Source: a virus. Taken from it: 64,000 nt of DNA. A program made the translations under genes and the position numbers. Where the stretch lies: the IMG/VR virus record IMGVR_UViG_3300034082_001517, positions 4,526-68,525 of that record. One strand, 5' to 3'. The notes below the pieces were generated by a model that was not told the origin of the DNA, searched no databases, and was given only the letters and a program-made list of their open reading frames with translations. This document shows positions 38,984 through 49,014 of the stretch, piece after piece (within the stretch, counting starts at the first letter, position 1; the number at the start of each line of letters is the position of its first letter).

Positions 38984-40590
38984 TAAGAACCTCCTGTGGT
39001 ATCTTGTACTTCACCTCTCTCCGCCTGATCCCCAGAAGCTCTTGGGTCACTAGACCCTTGACGAGTATCTGATATTGCATTTCTTGGCTGAGAGGAAATA
39101 TTATTAGAATTTCCTGCTGGCGCTCCTGGTCCAGCGGATTCTTTTTTAATCTTTGTTGGGAAAGGCAATGGTTCATCACCATCTGTTCTTTCTGGCAATC
39201 CAAGCTGTTGACGAACTTCGTTTGGAGCAATAACTTCCGTTCTCAAATATCTATCATTGATTTTTGATTGAATGTCTTCATCAATCAAGTCAATGCGCTT
39301 GAATTGTAATACAACCATATCGCTGAATTCAGCAATGACACGATTCAATCTTTTTTCAACAACCGATTGATCTGGACCAATCACTTGTGTTTTAAATGTT
39401 TTATCAGCATCCCTAGAGACCGCAAGGTTGGCATTATCGTACACACCAACTTTAGGAGCAGGAACTCTGTTTGCGACAAGAATTTCATCTCGGTTTGATT
39501 TACGATATTTATCAAATGATGAATCCTGAATTCCAGCTTCCAATTTTTCAAATCTAATATCACTATCCGAGCCAAGCGAGGCTGGGATTGGAATAACCAA
39601 AGTTCCGTGATTGCGACCCTTAACTTCTTTTCTAAAATAATTAATTAATTCCTGTTTTGATTTATTGCTTAACTTTGCGCCTTTAAGAATAATTGCATAA
39701 CGAGGAATTGCTTTGTTTTCAAAGTAATCAATATTATATTCCTTTGCAAACTTATCCCCAACAATTGCAGCGGCAGCAGAAACTGCAGAAGGAATACCGT
39801 AGTAAGTATTCTTAGGGGAATAAGTCTTGAAATGAATAATCTCATTTGGATTTGAATCAGTATTAATTGGGTCTTCTGTTTCTAAATCTTGAAAGTTTCT
39901 AAAGAATACGGCAGAGATCTTATTACTCCTAGCAATCTGTACATAACCATCTCTTTTACGGCGAACACGCATTAGTGTTCCAGGAATATGACCAATATAA
40001 CCAATCTCGCCAGCATTGTTTCTACCGATCTCCATGTATCCGTTACCAATGGTTAAGACATCTTGCCAAATCTTAATCATTGTTTCGTTAAAAGTTTCTT
40101 CTTTGTTAGTGTTTTCAAAAATGTCTTCAAGCTTTTGTTTTTCATCTTGAATAGACTTCCTTACTCTTGCCAATCTTTCTGGCTCGCCAGCAGCTTTCTC
40201 TAATCTTCTTTTAGCTTTAATAGTTTCAACAAACTCAAAACCAAGACCAACAGTGTTCATTACTCTTGCAGCAATTGAAGCATTATGGATAGCACTAGAA
40301 TCATAAAGACCAGCAAGCGTATCTAAATCGTATGGAGGGTTTACAATATCATAAAGACTATAACCATCCAGCATTTCAGGGTCAATGTACTTACTAGCTA
40401 CACCGTCTATGCCTTCAAATTTTTTTGCAAGTTTTGAAACTTTCCTTTTCATTTTTGGTGAAAGACTAGAATAAGAAACTTTTGCAAACGGGTCATCATT
40501 AGTTGGAGATGAATCAAATCCAAAATATGTTAAATCATCAATTTCTTCTTCAACAGCTTGATCAATCATATGTGTTGTTTTATTTTCCAT
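38983..40590 (-). CDS. Portal protein
   Basis: GNGYMEI, NEIIHF, YYGIP, YFENKAIP, NEVRQQLGLP portal motifs. Confidence 0.92.
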   Translation of the reverse strand: MENKTTHMIDQAVEEEIDDLTYFGFDSSPTNDDPFAKVSYSSLSPKMKRKVSKLAKKFEGIDGVASKYIDPEMLDGYSLYDIVNPPYDLDTLAGLYDSSAIHNASIAARVMNTVGLGFEFVETIKAKRRLEKAAGEPERLARVRKSIQDEKQKLEDIFENTNKEETFNETMIKIWQDVLTIGNGYMEIGRNNAGEIGYIGHIPGTLMRVRRKRDGYVQIARSNKISAVFFRNFQDLETEDPINTDSNPNEIIHFKTYSPKNTYYGIPSAVSAAAAIVGDKFAKEYNIDYFENKAIPRYAIILKGAKLSNKSKQELINYFRKEVKGRNHGTLVIPIPASLGSDSDIRFEKLEAGIQDSSFDKYRKSNRDEILVANRVPAPKVGVYDNANLAVSRDADKTFKTQVIGPDQSVVEKRLNRVIAEFSDMVVLQFKRIDLIDEDIQSKINDRYLRTEVIAPNEVRQQLGLPERTDGDEPLPFPTKIKKESAGPGAPAGNSNNISSQPRNAISDTRQGSSDPRASGDQAERGEVQDTTGGS

Positions 40591-40909
40591 TTTTCCTCAA
40601 TCCGTCAAAAGCGTCTTCCAATGGGTCTGGAATCAGACCATCATGAAATCTTGCAACTTGATCATCTCTCTCTGAACCAGAAATTTTTCTAGCCCCATGT
40701 ACCCAAGCCAATTCACCTTCTTCACTGCCAGTCCAGTATTTTGCAGCAGCCTCAACTCTTGATTCAACATTCTTGTCACCAATAAAACCTTCTGCAGATA
40801 AATAACCATCACCATCAGACAAAGGTTGTCCGTTTGGCATTATCCAAATGCAAACCCCAAATGTTCTGTCTGGAACCCAGATGCGTTTATTTTTAATAAT
40901 ATCGGACAT
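40580..40909 (-). CDS. Conserved hypothetical protein upstream of portal
   Basis: 109 aa; TATACT 7 nt upstream of ATG. Confidence 0.7.
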   Translation of the reverse strand: MSDIIKNKRIWVPDRTFGVCIWIMPNGQPLSDGDGYLSAEGFIGDKNVESRVEAAAKYWTGSEEGELAWVHGARKISGSERDDQVARFHDGLIPDPLEDAFDGLRKNGK

Positions 40910-40973
40910 ATGTTTCAGTATACACCAATTTTAATGAAATAGGGATTATTGTTGTACACAAATTGTTGAATAG

Positions 40974-42902
40974 TTACTTAATAGGGCATGCGCCTGTCGC
41001 ACAATCATCCAAATCAATATCCAAGTTGGCAGCGTTTTGATGAATTGGAGTTGAAAAGTCTAATTTAGAGAACACTTTATCGTATTGATCTTTAGTGATC
41101 TCTTCATACGGAGGTAGAGGAAAGTTGTGGTCAACATGCAACAAGAAAGATACTGACTTAACAGATGAGTCGTAATTGTTAGACAACCACTCTTTCACCG
41201 CTGGCAATTCTTCTTTACGATAATAAACCGTTACAGATACTGCGTTATCCGCCCAGATTGTTTGCATCTTCTTAACCCACTCTAATTGCTCAAGAGCAGT
41301 CATGTTTGCAACCAGAATTGAATTGTCTGGAGATTTGCACGGAAACTCCACAACATACCTTGTGTGGTCTTCCCTGCCATCCAAGCCCATATCCCATGTA
41401 ACTTTATAACCACGCTTACGGCATGCATCCACTAGTGGGTCAACAGAGCTAAACCTAACCCTGCGAATATAATACGGAGCAAAGGCTGGATGGATTCCAG
41501 GAGTCACACCTGGAAGCAGTGAAAGCGTACCTGACGGCTGAACCGTTGTTAAACGAACAGATTGGTTCCAACCACGCTCTTTGCTATAGAACGCATCAAA
41601 ATCTTTTAAGAACTCATAGGTTTGAGATAGCCAACCAATTTGCTGCTCAGTGCATTGCAGAATCCCAGTAATTGATTGCCCAAGTCGGGTATTCTTTCTA
41701 ACAATGTTTGTTGTTTTCTCATAAGGGTATGATAACTGAGTTATCTGTTTTTGAATCAAGTACAGAAGTTTTGATATCTCTAACAACTGCCCGAGACTTT
41801 CAACATTTGGCAAAAAGATAGTTGCAAGGTTACATGACTCACCATCGGCAAGAGCAATCTCTGCACATGGGTTAAATCCCTCAATAGATGAATCTAGGGA
41901 CTTTTCACCCAATCTTCCGTATGTTCTTGCAAGTTTGCGATTAACAAGACCATAAGGTTCCCCTGTTCCGTCATACCCCTTCCAGAGTTCGGGCAGGATC
42001 TCTTCATAAGAATCTGCATAGATGCTATTGTTGCTATTTGCTCTCCATGCTGGAACATTGCCAGATCCCCAATTCTTTGCCTTAAGGAAAAGAATATCAT
42101 CAGGATCACCAATAGCAATTTGCGCAGAACGGCGTGATGAGCCAGAAACAACAATACGCCCAATAATATTACAAATATCTAACACATCAATTGAACGAAG
42201 TTTTTTACCAACACGGTTGTCTAGAACTTTACAAATGTCTGCGATGCCATCAACTAAAGCTCCAGAACCAGAAGCTGTCCCACCAAAAGTCTTAAGTGGT
42301 GTTCCAAACTCACGAATCAAAATAGTTGAGTATGTAAAAGATTTGCCATTTTTGAAATATGACTCAAGCACTTTATGGAGCAATTCTCGCCAGCCCTGCC
42401 TTGAGTCTGGAACAATGAAGTCTGCGTCATTTGTACGCTCGGCTGTAATTGAACCAACCAACTTAACTTTAGGCAATTCGTGGATCTTGGATCTCTCTAC
42501 AGAAAAACCAACTCCACCACCCAGCATGAGGTAATCAAACAACATTTCAAAATCTTCAATTTTCTCAATATTTGTATAAAAACAATTATTCAATGAAGTA
42601 CCTGAGAACTGCTTTACAAGAGGCGTACCGAGTTGCCAAAGGGCTCTGCCAGACACTGCGCATCGTAGATTGAACATATGATCAAATAAATTCTCTGCGT
42701 CTTCCTTGGAGAAAGGAACTCCAATATCAACAGCCCCTTCTATAATCCTCTGAATGGTTTGAACCCACGATTCAGTTTGGTCTGTACCTTCAATTTTACG
42801 GCTATATGTCCTAAGGAATACAACCTCCCCAAGACCGCCAAAACCCCAAGGTGGAGTTTTAGATCCATAGCTAGCAATAAATTCAGGTGACAATAAAGAC
42901 AT
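40974..42902 (-). CDS. nrdJ: Class II (adenosylcobalamin-dependent) ribonucleotide reductase, monomeric type
   Basis: SGRALWQLG, LNNC, GGGVG, NPCAEI.L...ESCNL, TTVQPSGT, C-terminal CATGACPIK. Confidence 0.93.
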   Translation of the reverse strand: MSLLSPEFIASYGSKTPPWGFGGLGEVVFLRTYSRKIEGTDQTESWVQTIQRIIEGAVDIGVPFSKEDAENLFDHMFNLRCAVSGRALWQLGTPLVKQFSGTSLNNCFYTNIEKIEDFEMLFDYLMLGGGVGFSVERSKIHELPKVKLVGSITAERTNDADFIVPDSRQGWRELLHKVLESYFKNGKSFTYSTILIREFGTPLKTFGGTASGSGALVDGIADICKVLDNRVGKKLRSIDVLDICNIIGRIVVSGSSRRSAQIAIGDPDDILFLKAKNWGSGNVPAWRANSNNSIYADSYEEILPELWKGYDGTGEPYGLVNRKLARTYGRLGEKSLDSSIEGFNPCAEIALADGESCNLATIFLPNVESLGQLLEISKLLYLIQKQITQLSYPYEKTTNIVRKNTRLGQSITGILQCTEQQIGWLSQTYEFLKDFDAFYSKERGWNQSVRLTTVQPSGTLSLLPGVTPGIHPAFAPYYIRRVRFSSVDPLVDACRKRGYKVTWDMGLDGREDHTRYVVEFPCKSPDNSILVANMTALEQLEWVKKMQTIWADNAVSVTVYYRKEELPAVKEWLSNNYDSSVKSVSFLLHVDHNFPLPPYEEITKDQYDKVFSKLDFSTPIHQNAANLDIDLDDCATGACPIK

Positions 42903-42973
42903 TCAATACCTCCAAAAGTAAGATTACAATGATATCTGCTAGATGAACTAGCCGCAATGAAAAATGCTTAGGT

Positions 42974-43987
42974 CTAAACTAAAGAATTTTCATAAAACTT
43001 GATTCTATCAAGTATCTTATCAGCAACACTGGACCAAGAGTGCTCAGCGTGTAAAATTTTTGCTGATTGAATTGTATATTTTTTGAATTCATCATATTCA
43101 GAAACAACATGTGTCATAAGATCCATCAAGTCATTCAAGTCAGGATACGCCCACAATCCAGTATCTTCACCGTAATGATGATTATTCCAATCAGCGCTAG
43201 CCATTGTGCAATTGAGCGGTATTGAATATTTTGCAAAATCCCTGCAACCTGTTGCATTACTTACAATAGTTGGCATACCCGTGCAAATTGCTTCAAATGG
43301 AATCATTCCAAAACCTTCACCGCTTGTTGGGTAAACCAAACAATGGCATTTGTGATATAGCCTAACCAGATCCTCTGTTGACAGATTTTCTGGAATACCT
43401 ATGATCTGAGGATGCTGAGTAGCTGGAACTAAACTTCCATTAATATAAACTTCTGCATAGCAGTATTTATTATATTTTAAGACGAGCTTAAAATTCAAAT
43501 CATCTTCGTAAAGCTCCAAGAATGCATCTACTGCCATCTGAGCATTTTTTCTTTTGCTATCTCCACCAACATGAAGAAAATTAAATGTGTCGGTTATTTC
43601 ACGATCAATGATTTTAAAGTCATCTGAAATTCCATGAGGTATTACATGGATGTTGTGATGAACATTGTTTTGCACATAGACTTCTTTAACGAACGAAGAT
43701 GTCGCCCAGATTTCATCACACTGTTGCATATTGTGCAACCAACCAGGTGGTACCTTAGTTGACTCCCAAGGGGTATAGCCAATCTTGTAATCATTATTTA
43801 ATTGATAATAGTGAGGCTGACAGAAGTTGATATGAAACGGGAAATCTGTTCTGTTGTAGAATACGCCAACATCTTTTTCTTTTAAAGCGTTAATGATGCT
43901 GATTGCAGCATTACTGTAACCTTGACTGTACCAAGGCTCACCATTAATATCCATACTACCTGGACTAAACCAACTGATTTTTTTCAT
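42974..43987 (-). CDS. Glycosyltransferase, GT-B/family 4-like
   Basis: YTPWEST, PHG, RKN, EGFGMIPFEAICTGMP. Confidence 0.88.
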   Translation of the reverse strand: MKKISWFSPGSMDINGEPWYSQGYSNAAISIINALKEKDVGVFYNRTDFPFHINFCQPHYYQLNNDYKIGYTPWESTKVPPGWLHNMQQCDEIWATSSFVKEVYVQNNVHHNIHVIPHGISDDFKIIDREITDTFNFLHVGGDSKRKNAQMAVDAFLELYEDDLNFKLVLKYNKYCYAEVYINGSLVPATQHPQIIGIPENLSTEDLVRLYHKCHCLVYPTSGEGFGMIPFEAICTGMPTIVSNATGCRDFAKYSIPLNCTMASADWNNHHYGEDTGLWAYPDLNDLMDLMTHVVSEYDEFKKYTIQSAKILHAEHSWSSVADKILDRIKFYENSLV

Positions 43988-43992
43988 AAAAG

Positions 43993-44244
43993 TTATTTGC
44001 GCTTTCGTCTAGGTGTTTTCTTAACTTCTTCTATTGGATCATTGAAGTCTAAACATACTACACCATTATCCATTAATTTTTCTGCATTTTCTTTAGAAAT
44101 TTCACAGGTAACTGGGGTGTGCGTAAACATACATTTTGAGGCGGCTATATAATAATTATCCATCTTAACTATGGAGATGAAATCGCAATCAACAATAGCT
44201 GCCCCGCTGCATTCGTCAGATTCAACAATTCCAACTATTTTCAT
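43993..44244 (-). CDS. Hypothetical protein
   Basis: 83 aa; TGG-TATACT 6 nt before ATG. Confidence 0.65.
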   Translation of the reverse strand: MKIVGIVESDECSGAAIVDCDFISIVKMDNYYIAASKCMFTHTPVTCEISKENAEKLMDNGVVCLDFNDPIEEVKKTPRRKRK

Positions 44245-44450
44245 AAATTTAGTATACCACCTTCAGGATTATACCCCGTATGCTATGAATGCTTGGTATA
44301 CATAAGTGTATATAGTTTATATAGTATATGTGTTTGCTAAGTACACCAGCACGCTTTGCATGCGTAGCATACCACATCGTTTAAAAAAAATTCCTACAAA
44401 AAACAATTTTCTTGAGATTTTCTAAAAAAAGTATGAGATAATGACTTATC

Positions 44451-44639
44451 ATGTTTACTAACTTCATTGTTTATTTCCTATATCTATCTTTAAACGCAAT
44501 ACTGCTACGCTTTGCTATCCTCTGGGGGTTTGATACGGATATTGGTTTAAGATCAGGAATGTTGCTTACATTAATTATTAGTATGTATATAGTGCTTCAT
44601 CGTAAATCACAAGATAGCAGCAATGTATCAATTAAATGA
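44451..44639 (+). CDS. Small membrane protein
   Basis: 62 aa, two hydrophobic segments. Confidence 0.55.
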   Translation: MFTNFIVYFLYLSLNAILLRFAILWGFDTDIGLRSGMLLTLIISMYIVLHRKSQDSSNVSIK

Positions 44640-45030
44640 AATTAACTTTGATTATCTAAAGAACAAGAAAGTATTAGTTCTTAGCGATACATCTTATCCT
44701 TATGACTATGTAGTAAACTTCTTAAATAATTTAAAAGACTCTCAGGTTTATATTTATATATGCCCAGCAACAACTTCAAGATTTGTTAAGCTTTGGATGA
44801 AACTTTTTTTAAACAAAAAAGTTAACATTATTAAAGACAAACATTATAAATTATTTTTTAAAGATAAAATTGATGACTATGAAATTGTACTTATTTTTGG
44901 CAAAGTGAAAAATACAGAACAAATTATGCTAAAATCGCTGCTAAGAAATATGCTAATATCATATAAAGACATTACAATTGTTAGCAATAAAGGAATTGAC
45001 TGCGATGAGAATTATACCATACGAAGGTGA
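44623..45030 (+). CDS. Hypothetical protein
   Basis: 135-aa AT-rich ORF. Confidence 0.6.
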   Translation: MYQLNEINFDYLKNKKVLVLSDTSYPYDYVVNFLNNLKDSQVYIYICPATTSRFVKLWMKLFLNKKVNIIKDKHYKLFFKDKIDDYEIVLIFGKVKNTEQIMLKSLLRNMLISYKDITIVSNKGIDCDENYTIRR

Positions 45031-45274
45031 GAGCAATTTAGAGGACATAGAGAGCCTGTCTATTGTGATTAAAACTGTTCCTTTTGAAAACAGCTATGTC
45101 CCAGCTTTTTTTATACAAAGTCCTGGTGACGATTACCCAATGACGCTTGATGAAATGAATGCTCTTATGGATGGCGTAGAAATAGCACGGTCATCTTTAG
45201 ACCATATTATTAATTACTTATTAAGAGAGAGCTTTACTAAAGAAGATAGGAAGAAAGAAGAAGGAGATTTTTAA
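45005..45274 (+). CDS. Hypothetical protein
   Basis: Start taken at MRIIPY after AAAGGA. Confidence 0.65.
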   Translation: MRIIPYEGESNLEDIESLSIVIKTVPFENSYVPAFFIQSPGDDYPMTLDEMNALMDGVEIARSSLDHIINYLLRESFTKEDRKKEEGDF

Positions 45275-45561
45275 TGCTACTTGGTGGTCTTAAGAAAGAC
45301 TTTCCCTACCCCGAAAAACTATGTCCGTATTGCAACTGGAAACTGGTACCAGTTAATGCTATCCATTGGCAAGAAGATATATACCAGTATAAAGCTTTAT
45401 ACCTGGATAACAACCCAGATTGTAGCGCTTACGATGAAGGCGCAAGGCTTGCTTACGCTAGGATATATTATACATCGGAAGATGCTTTTCACTATTTTAG
45501 AGATGTAAAAATGCCAGTTCAAAGATGGACTCAAGAGGATCTCTATTCGGTATATGAATAA
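45274..45561 (+). CDS. Hypothetical protein with CPYC motif
   Basis: 95 aa, AGGAG RBS, coupled. Confidence 0.65.
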   Translation: MLLGGLKKDFPYPEKLCPYCNWKLVPVNAIHWQEDIYQYKALYLDNNPDCSAYDEGARLAYARIYYTSEDAFHYFRDVKMPVQRWTQEDLYSVYE

Positions 45562-45580
45562 TCTGCTACAATAGTAGATC

Positions 45581-46612
45581 ATGCCAATTCGTTCATGCTC
45601 CGATGGGGATAAACCAGGATACAAGTGGGGGGATAGCGGTAAGTGCTATCTATACACCGCTGGCGATGAAAAATCTATGGAAGCCGCAAAGATGAAAGCC
45701 CAAATGCAGGGCGTTGCTGCACGGGCAAATGGCTATGAAGAAAAGGCTAACGAAGTAACTACTAGCTCAATGGGTTCTGGTATTAAGAATCCGCAACGGG
45801 GCTATGGTTCAAAAAAGAAAAAGAAATTTGTTGATGATATTCAAAAAAGCTTAACGCAATGGTTTGGGGAAAGATGGGTTGATATTTCAAGACCAAAATC
45901 TGGCGGTGGGTTTGAGCCATGTGGTAGAGCAGATGCCGAGTCAGGCAAGTATCCAAAGTGCGTACCAGCCGCTCGTGCTGCCAGAATGACACCTGCACAG
46001 ATTGCATCCGCTGTTAGGCGTAAGCGCACAGCAGAGTCATCACAGACTAGGCAGGGCAAAAAGCCTATTAATGTTTCAACAGATGTTAAAAAAGCATCTC
46101 GTAATGTTCCAACAAACCCAGAATTATATGCCAGAGTGAAAGCTGCGGCTAAAGCAAAATTTGATGTTTACCCTTCAGCCTATGCTAATGCATGGCTTGT
46201 CCGTGAATATAAAAAACGAGGCGGCGGCTACAGGGTTGTGAATAAGTCAGAAGAATATGTAAACAAGATTGCGGATGACCTTGATGAACAGGAAGCAGTG
46301 TTGGCTGATATGTTGATTGCAATTACCCTTCGGTACGGTAAATTTAACGAAGATGAGACTGGGGTGTGGGCTGGCTATGATAGCCCCGAAGAAAATGATG
46401 TTAAAGACATTGGGGTTAAATGTTCAAATTGCGTTCTTTACGAGGGCAATGGTGTTTGTAAGATTATTGCTCAGAAAGTAGAGGATGAAGGTAAATGCAG
46501 ATTTGCGATCATTCCAGACGGTGTTGTTGAAGATGACCCTGAAGAGGAGATGGACGATGAAGAGTCCATGATTGATTATTTAAAAAACAAGGTAATAGAA
46601 TTATTTTTATGA
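45581..46612 (+). CDS. Multi-module basic protein, probable head-internal polyprotein
   Basis: Modules GYKWG..GKCY, WFGERWVD...CGR...YPKCVP, LYARVKAAAKAKFDVYPSAYANAW, CSNC...C...C separated by K-A/K-S junctions. Confidence 0.7.
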   Translation: MPIRSCSDGDKPGYKWGDSGKCYLYTAGDEKSMEAAKMKAQMQGVAARANGYEEKANEVTTSSMGSGIKNPQRGYGSKKKKKFVDDIQKSLTQWFGERWVDISRPKSGGGFEPCGRADAESGKYPKCVPAARAARMTPAQIASAVRRKRTAESSQTRQGKKPINVSTDVKKASRNVPTNPELYARVKAAAKAKFDVYPSAYANAWLVREYKKRGGGYRVVNKSEEYVNKIADDLDEQEAVLADMLIAITLRYGKFNEDETGVWAGYDSPEENDVKDIGVKCSNCVLYEGNGVCKIIAQKVEDEGKCRFAIIPDGVVEDDPEEEMDDEESMIDYLKNKVIELFL

Positions 46613-46649
46613 TATGCTATTAGGTATATCTAAAATACAAGGAGAATAC

Positions 46650-47063
46650 ATGAATTATATTAAAGTTCCAGTAGACAATGCAGAAGCAATGATCAATCAG
46701 CATTCTTTTCTAAAGAAGAAGAATGACGATATGGCTAAAGCCGCTTTTGCTCAAATGAAAGAATTTGTTGAAACAGCATCGTATCATCAGAGTCAAATTG
46801 ACATGTTAAGTAAGGCAGTTAAAGATGTAACATTTATGTTAAACACCAAACCAGCCGCATCCCTTGCAGGTAGCGATACTGGATCAACAGGTGAGGGCAG
46901 TTCTTCATCCACCCCTGTAAGCAATTTTGTTGATGACGGGAAAGAGGAAAAAGTTACTGTTCGCAAAGCAGACTTGATTAATTCACTCAAGGCTCACGAA
47001 GCCGCCTATGGCACATTTGACATTGATGTTGATGTAATTGCCAGCTTTTTGATGGCAAAGTAA
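46650..47063 (+). CDS. Hypothetical protein
   Basis: Start at MNYIKV after AGGAGA. Confidence 0.7.
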   Translation: MNYIKVPVDNAEAMINQHSFLKKKNDDMAKAAFAQMKEFVETASYHQSQIDMLSKAVKDVTFMLNTKPAASLAGSDTGSTGEGSSSSTPVSNFVDDGKEEKVTVRKADLINSLKAHEAAYGTFDIDVDVIASFLMAK

Positions 47064-47067
47064 ACAC

Positions 47068-47280
47068 ATGGAAGCTATTGCTGTAGCGGTAGTTGCCGCA
47101 GTAGGCGTTGTTCTGGCTGCCCTCGTACAAGCGGGCAGAAAAGAAAATAAGTCGGATCATGGCGTTGTTGCTGACTTACTCAGGGGTTTGCATTCAGATG
47201 TTAAGAATGTGGATAGTAAGCTTGAAGGTCATATTAAACAACATGGCGATTTAAAAAAACCAGCAACTGTTAAAAAATAA
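47068..47280 (+). CDS. Small membrane protein (N-terminal TM + coiled coil)
   Basis: 70 aa, AVAVVAAVGVVLAALV...H. Confidence 0.7.
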   Translation: MEAIAVAVVAAVGVVLAALVQAGRKENKSDHGVVADLLRGLHSDVKNVDSKLEGHIKQHGDLKKPATVKK

Positions 47281-47284
47281 TTTT

Positions 47285-47348
47285 AAGGGCGTTTCTTGAT
47301 TTATGATATTCCGAAAGGTTATTATAGATACGAGGAGCGCCCTTTTTA
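47285..47348 (+). terminator. Long intrinsic terminator hairpin with GAAA loop
   Basis: aagggcgtttcttg...ccGAAAgg...cgaggagcgccctt followed by T-run. Confidence 0.75.
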
Positions 47349-47432
47349 TATTCTCCAAAAGAATTTCTAAAAACGAGGAGTTTTCTTTTCTAAAAATGGT
47401 AAGATCTATTTAACACCTACAAAAGAGGGGCT

Positions 47433-47888
47433 ATGGCAGAAGAACTTTTAGAAGACGAAGATAATGATTTTACTCGGACACCTGATTTCCATAAGATTCA
47501 TCAAAAACTAATTTCATTGGTTAATCCCGACAATCACCGTGCGGCTTCATCGGTAATCTATGGTCATTATAAAAACTGGTCCCCAGTTAAGACTATGAAG
47601 TATTATAATGTTTCAGAAAATGAATATGAGCAATATGCTGGTATGTTTAACTTTAAAGAAAGGATGGTGAAACAAATGACTGGAAGAAAATCAAAGCAAG
47701 ATAATATTGTTAATTTCTTGAATGGAAATGTTGGAAAGGTTGTTACCCCTGTGCAATTAGCAACAGATGTACAAATCTCGCTCCCAACATTCTATAATTT
47801 CTATAATGCCAATCGTGGTTACTTTAAAAAAGTAAAGCGTGGGCATTTTGAAATTCTTAATCCAAAAGAAGAACGAGTAAGTATTTAA
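47433..47888 (+). CDS. Putative DNA-binding protein (C-terminal HTH/winged-helix-like)
   Basis: TPVQLATDVQISLPTFYNF...FKKVKRGHFEI. Confidence 0.6.
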   Translation: MAEELLEDEDNDFTRTPDFHKIHQKLISLVNPDNHRAASSVIYGHYKNWSPVKTMKYYNVSENEYEQYAGMFNFKERMVKQMTGRKSKQDNIVNFLNGNVGKVVTPVQLATDVQISLPTFYNFYNANRGYFKKVKRGHFEILNPKEERVSI

Positions 47889-47906
47889 TTATGGCTGGGG
47901 TGGGAT

Positions 47907-48698
47907 ATGATCTTATTTAGAAATCTAGATATTGGTGATATCCCACCTACCCCATCAAACTTGCTTGAGACTTTTGATACAAAGAAAGCAAGCTCATTGT
48001 TATTGGAATACGCTAAGAGCTTTGGTCATCCAATTGGATATCTGCAAGAACAGCGTGGACAAATTGTTCAAAACATTTTTCCAATCAGAAGGCAGGCTGA
48101 GCATCAGATATCTTCATCGTCTAAAGTAAATTTAGAACTACACACGGAAACAGCATTTCATGCATATATTCCAGATTACTTATTATTGCTATGTTTGCGT
48201 GGTGACAGTAATGCTGGTACAACATATTCCCTACTGTCGGATATTTTAAAAGACATACATGTTGGCATTGTAGAAATATTAAAAAAGAATTTATTTAAAA
48301 CATCCATTGATGATAGTTTTAGATTAAATGGAGAAGATGACTACTTTACAACCGTTCCAGTAATCAGCAGGGACATTAATAATAGATACATTATGAAATA
48401 TGATAGAACAGTTATGACTGGGATAACTACAGAGGCTCAAATGGCTTTAAATGTTTTTACCAAGGCTATTGAACGAAACACGCAGACTGTTTTTTTAAAA
48501 GCTGGAGATTTGCTGGTTTTGGATAACAACATTACTGTTCATGGAAGAACTGCATTTGAAGCAAGATATGATGGGACTGACAGATGGGTGCAAAGGGTTG
48601 TTGTGCGTAAAGAAATTAATTCTATAAAAAACAAAACAACTTGTCCGTCAACTGGGTATACTGTAATTACCAAATATAAGGAGGATGACAGTGAGTGA
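47907..48698 (+). CDS. Clavaminate-synthase-like (TauD family) Fe(II)/2OG dioxygenase
   Basis: QISSSS..LELHTETAF..PDYLLLLCLR, GDLLVLDN...HGR..F...YDGTDRW.QR. Confidence 0.9.
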   Translation: MILFRNLDIGDIPPTPSNLLETFDTKKASSLLLEYAKSFGHPIGYLQEQRGQIVQNIFPIRRQAEHQISSSSKVNLELHTETAFHAYIPDYLLLLCLRGDSNAGTTYSLLSDILKDIHVGIVEILKKNLFKTSIDDSFRLNGEDDYFTTVPVISRDINNRYIMKYDRTVMTGITTEAQMALNVFTKAIERNTQTVFLKAGDLLVLDNNITVHGRTAFEARYDGTDRWVQRVVVRKEINSIKNKTTCPSTGYTVITKYKEDDSE

Positions 48699-49014
48699 CA
48701 ATAATTTCTATGATGATGAATTCAACTATGCAATTTTCAGGGAAGAAGTTAAAGAACACAAGATAAATAATCTTTTGGCAGAAAACAGGTTACTCAAGGA
48801 TCTTATTCAAGAAGCCCTGCCAGTTGTTATGGAGGCGTTCTCCGAAGAAGTGTACTCCGCAGGCTGGATGTACGATCTTGATATTTTTGCTCCAAAAGAA
48901 GATCCGCTAATTGGTAAGATGGCAAAAGTTCTTGGAGAAATTCCATTTTGGAACAACGGAGACTTGGACTGGAGAGTTTACCCAGGCGAGAGGGATTTTG
49001 ATGACAAAGCCTAG
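48685..49014 (+). CDS. Hypothetical protein
   Basis: 109 aa, SEEVYSAGW motif. Confidence 0.65.
   Translation: MTVSDNNFYDDEFNYAIFREEVKEHKINNLLAENRLLKDLIQEALPVVMEAFSEEVYSAGWMYDLDIFAPKEDPLIGKMAKVLGEIPFWNNGDLDWRVYPGERDFDDKA

Noticed and set aside
40974-42902. Intein or intron in RNR (also checked portal and capsid)
   Set aside because: ORFs are continuous and of normal length, with no splicing motifs.
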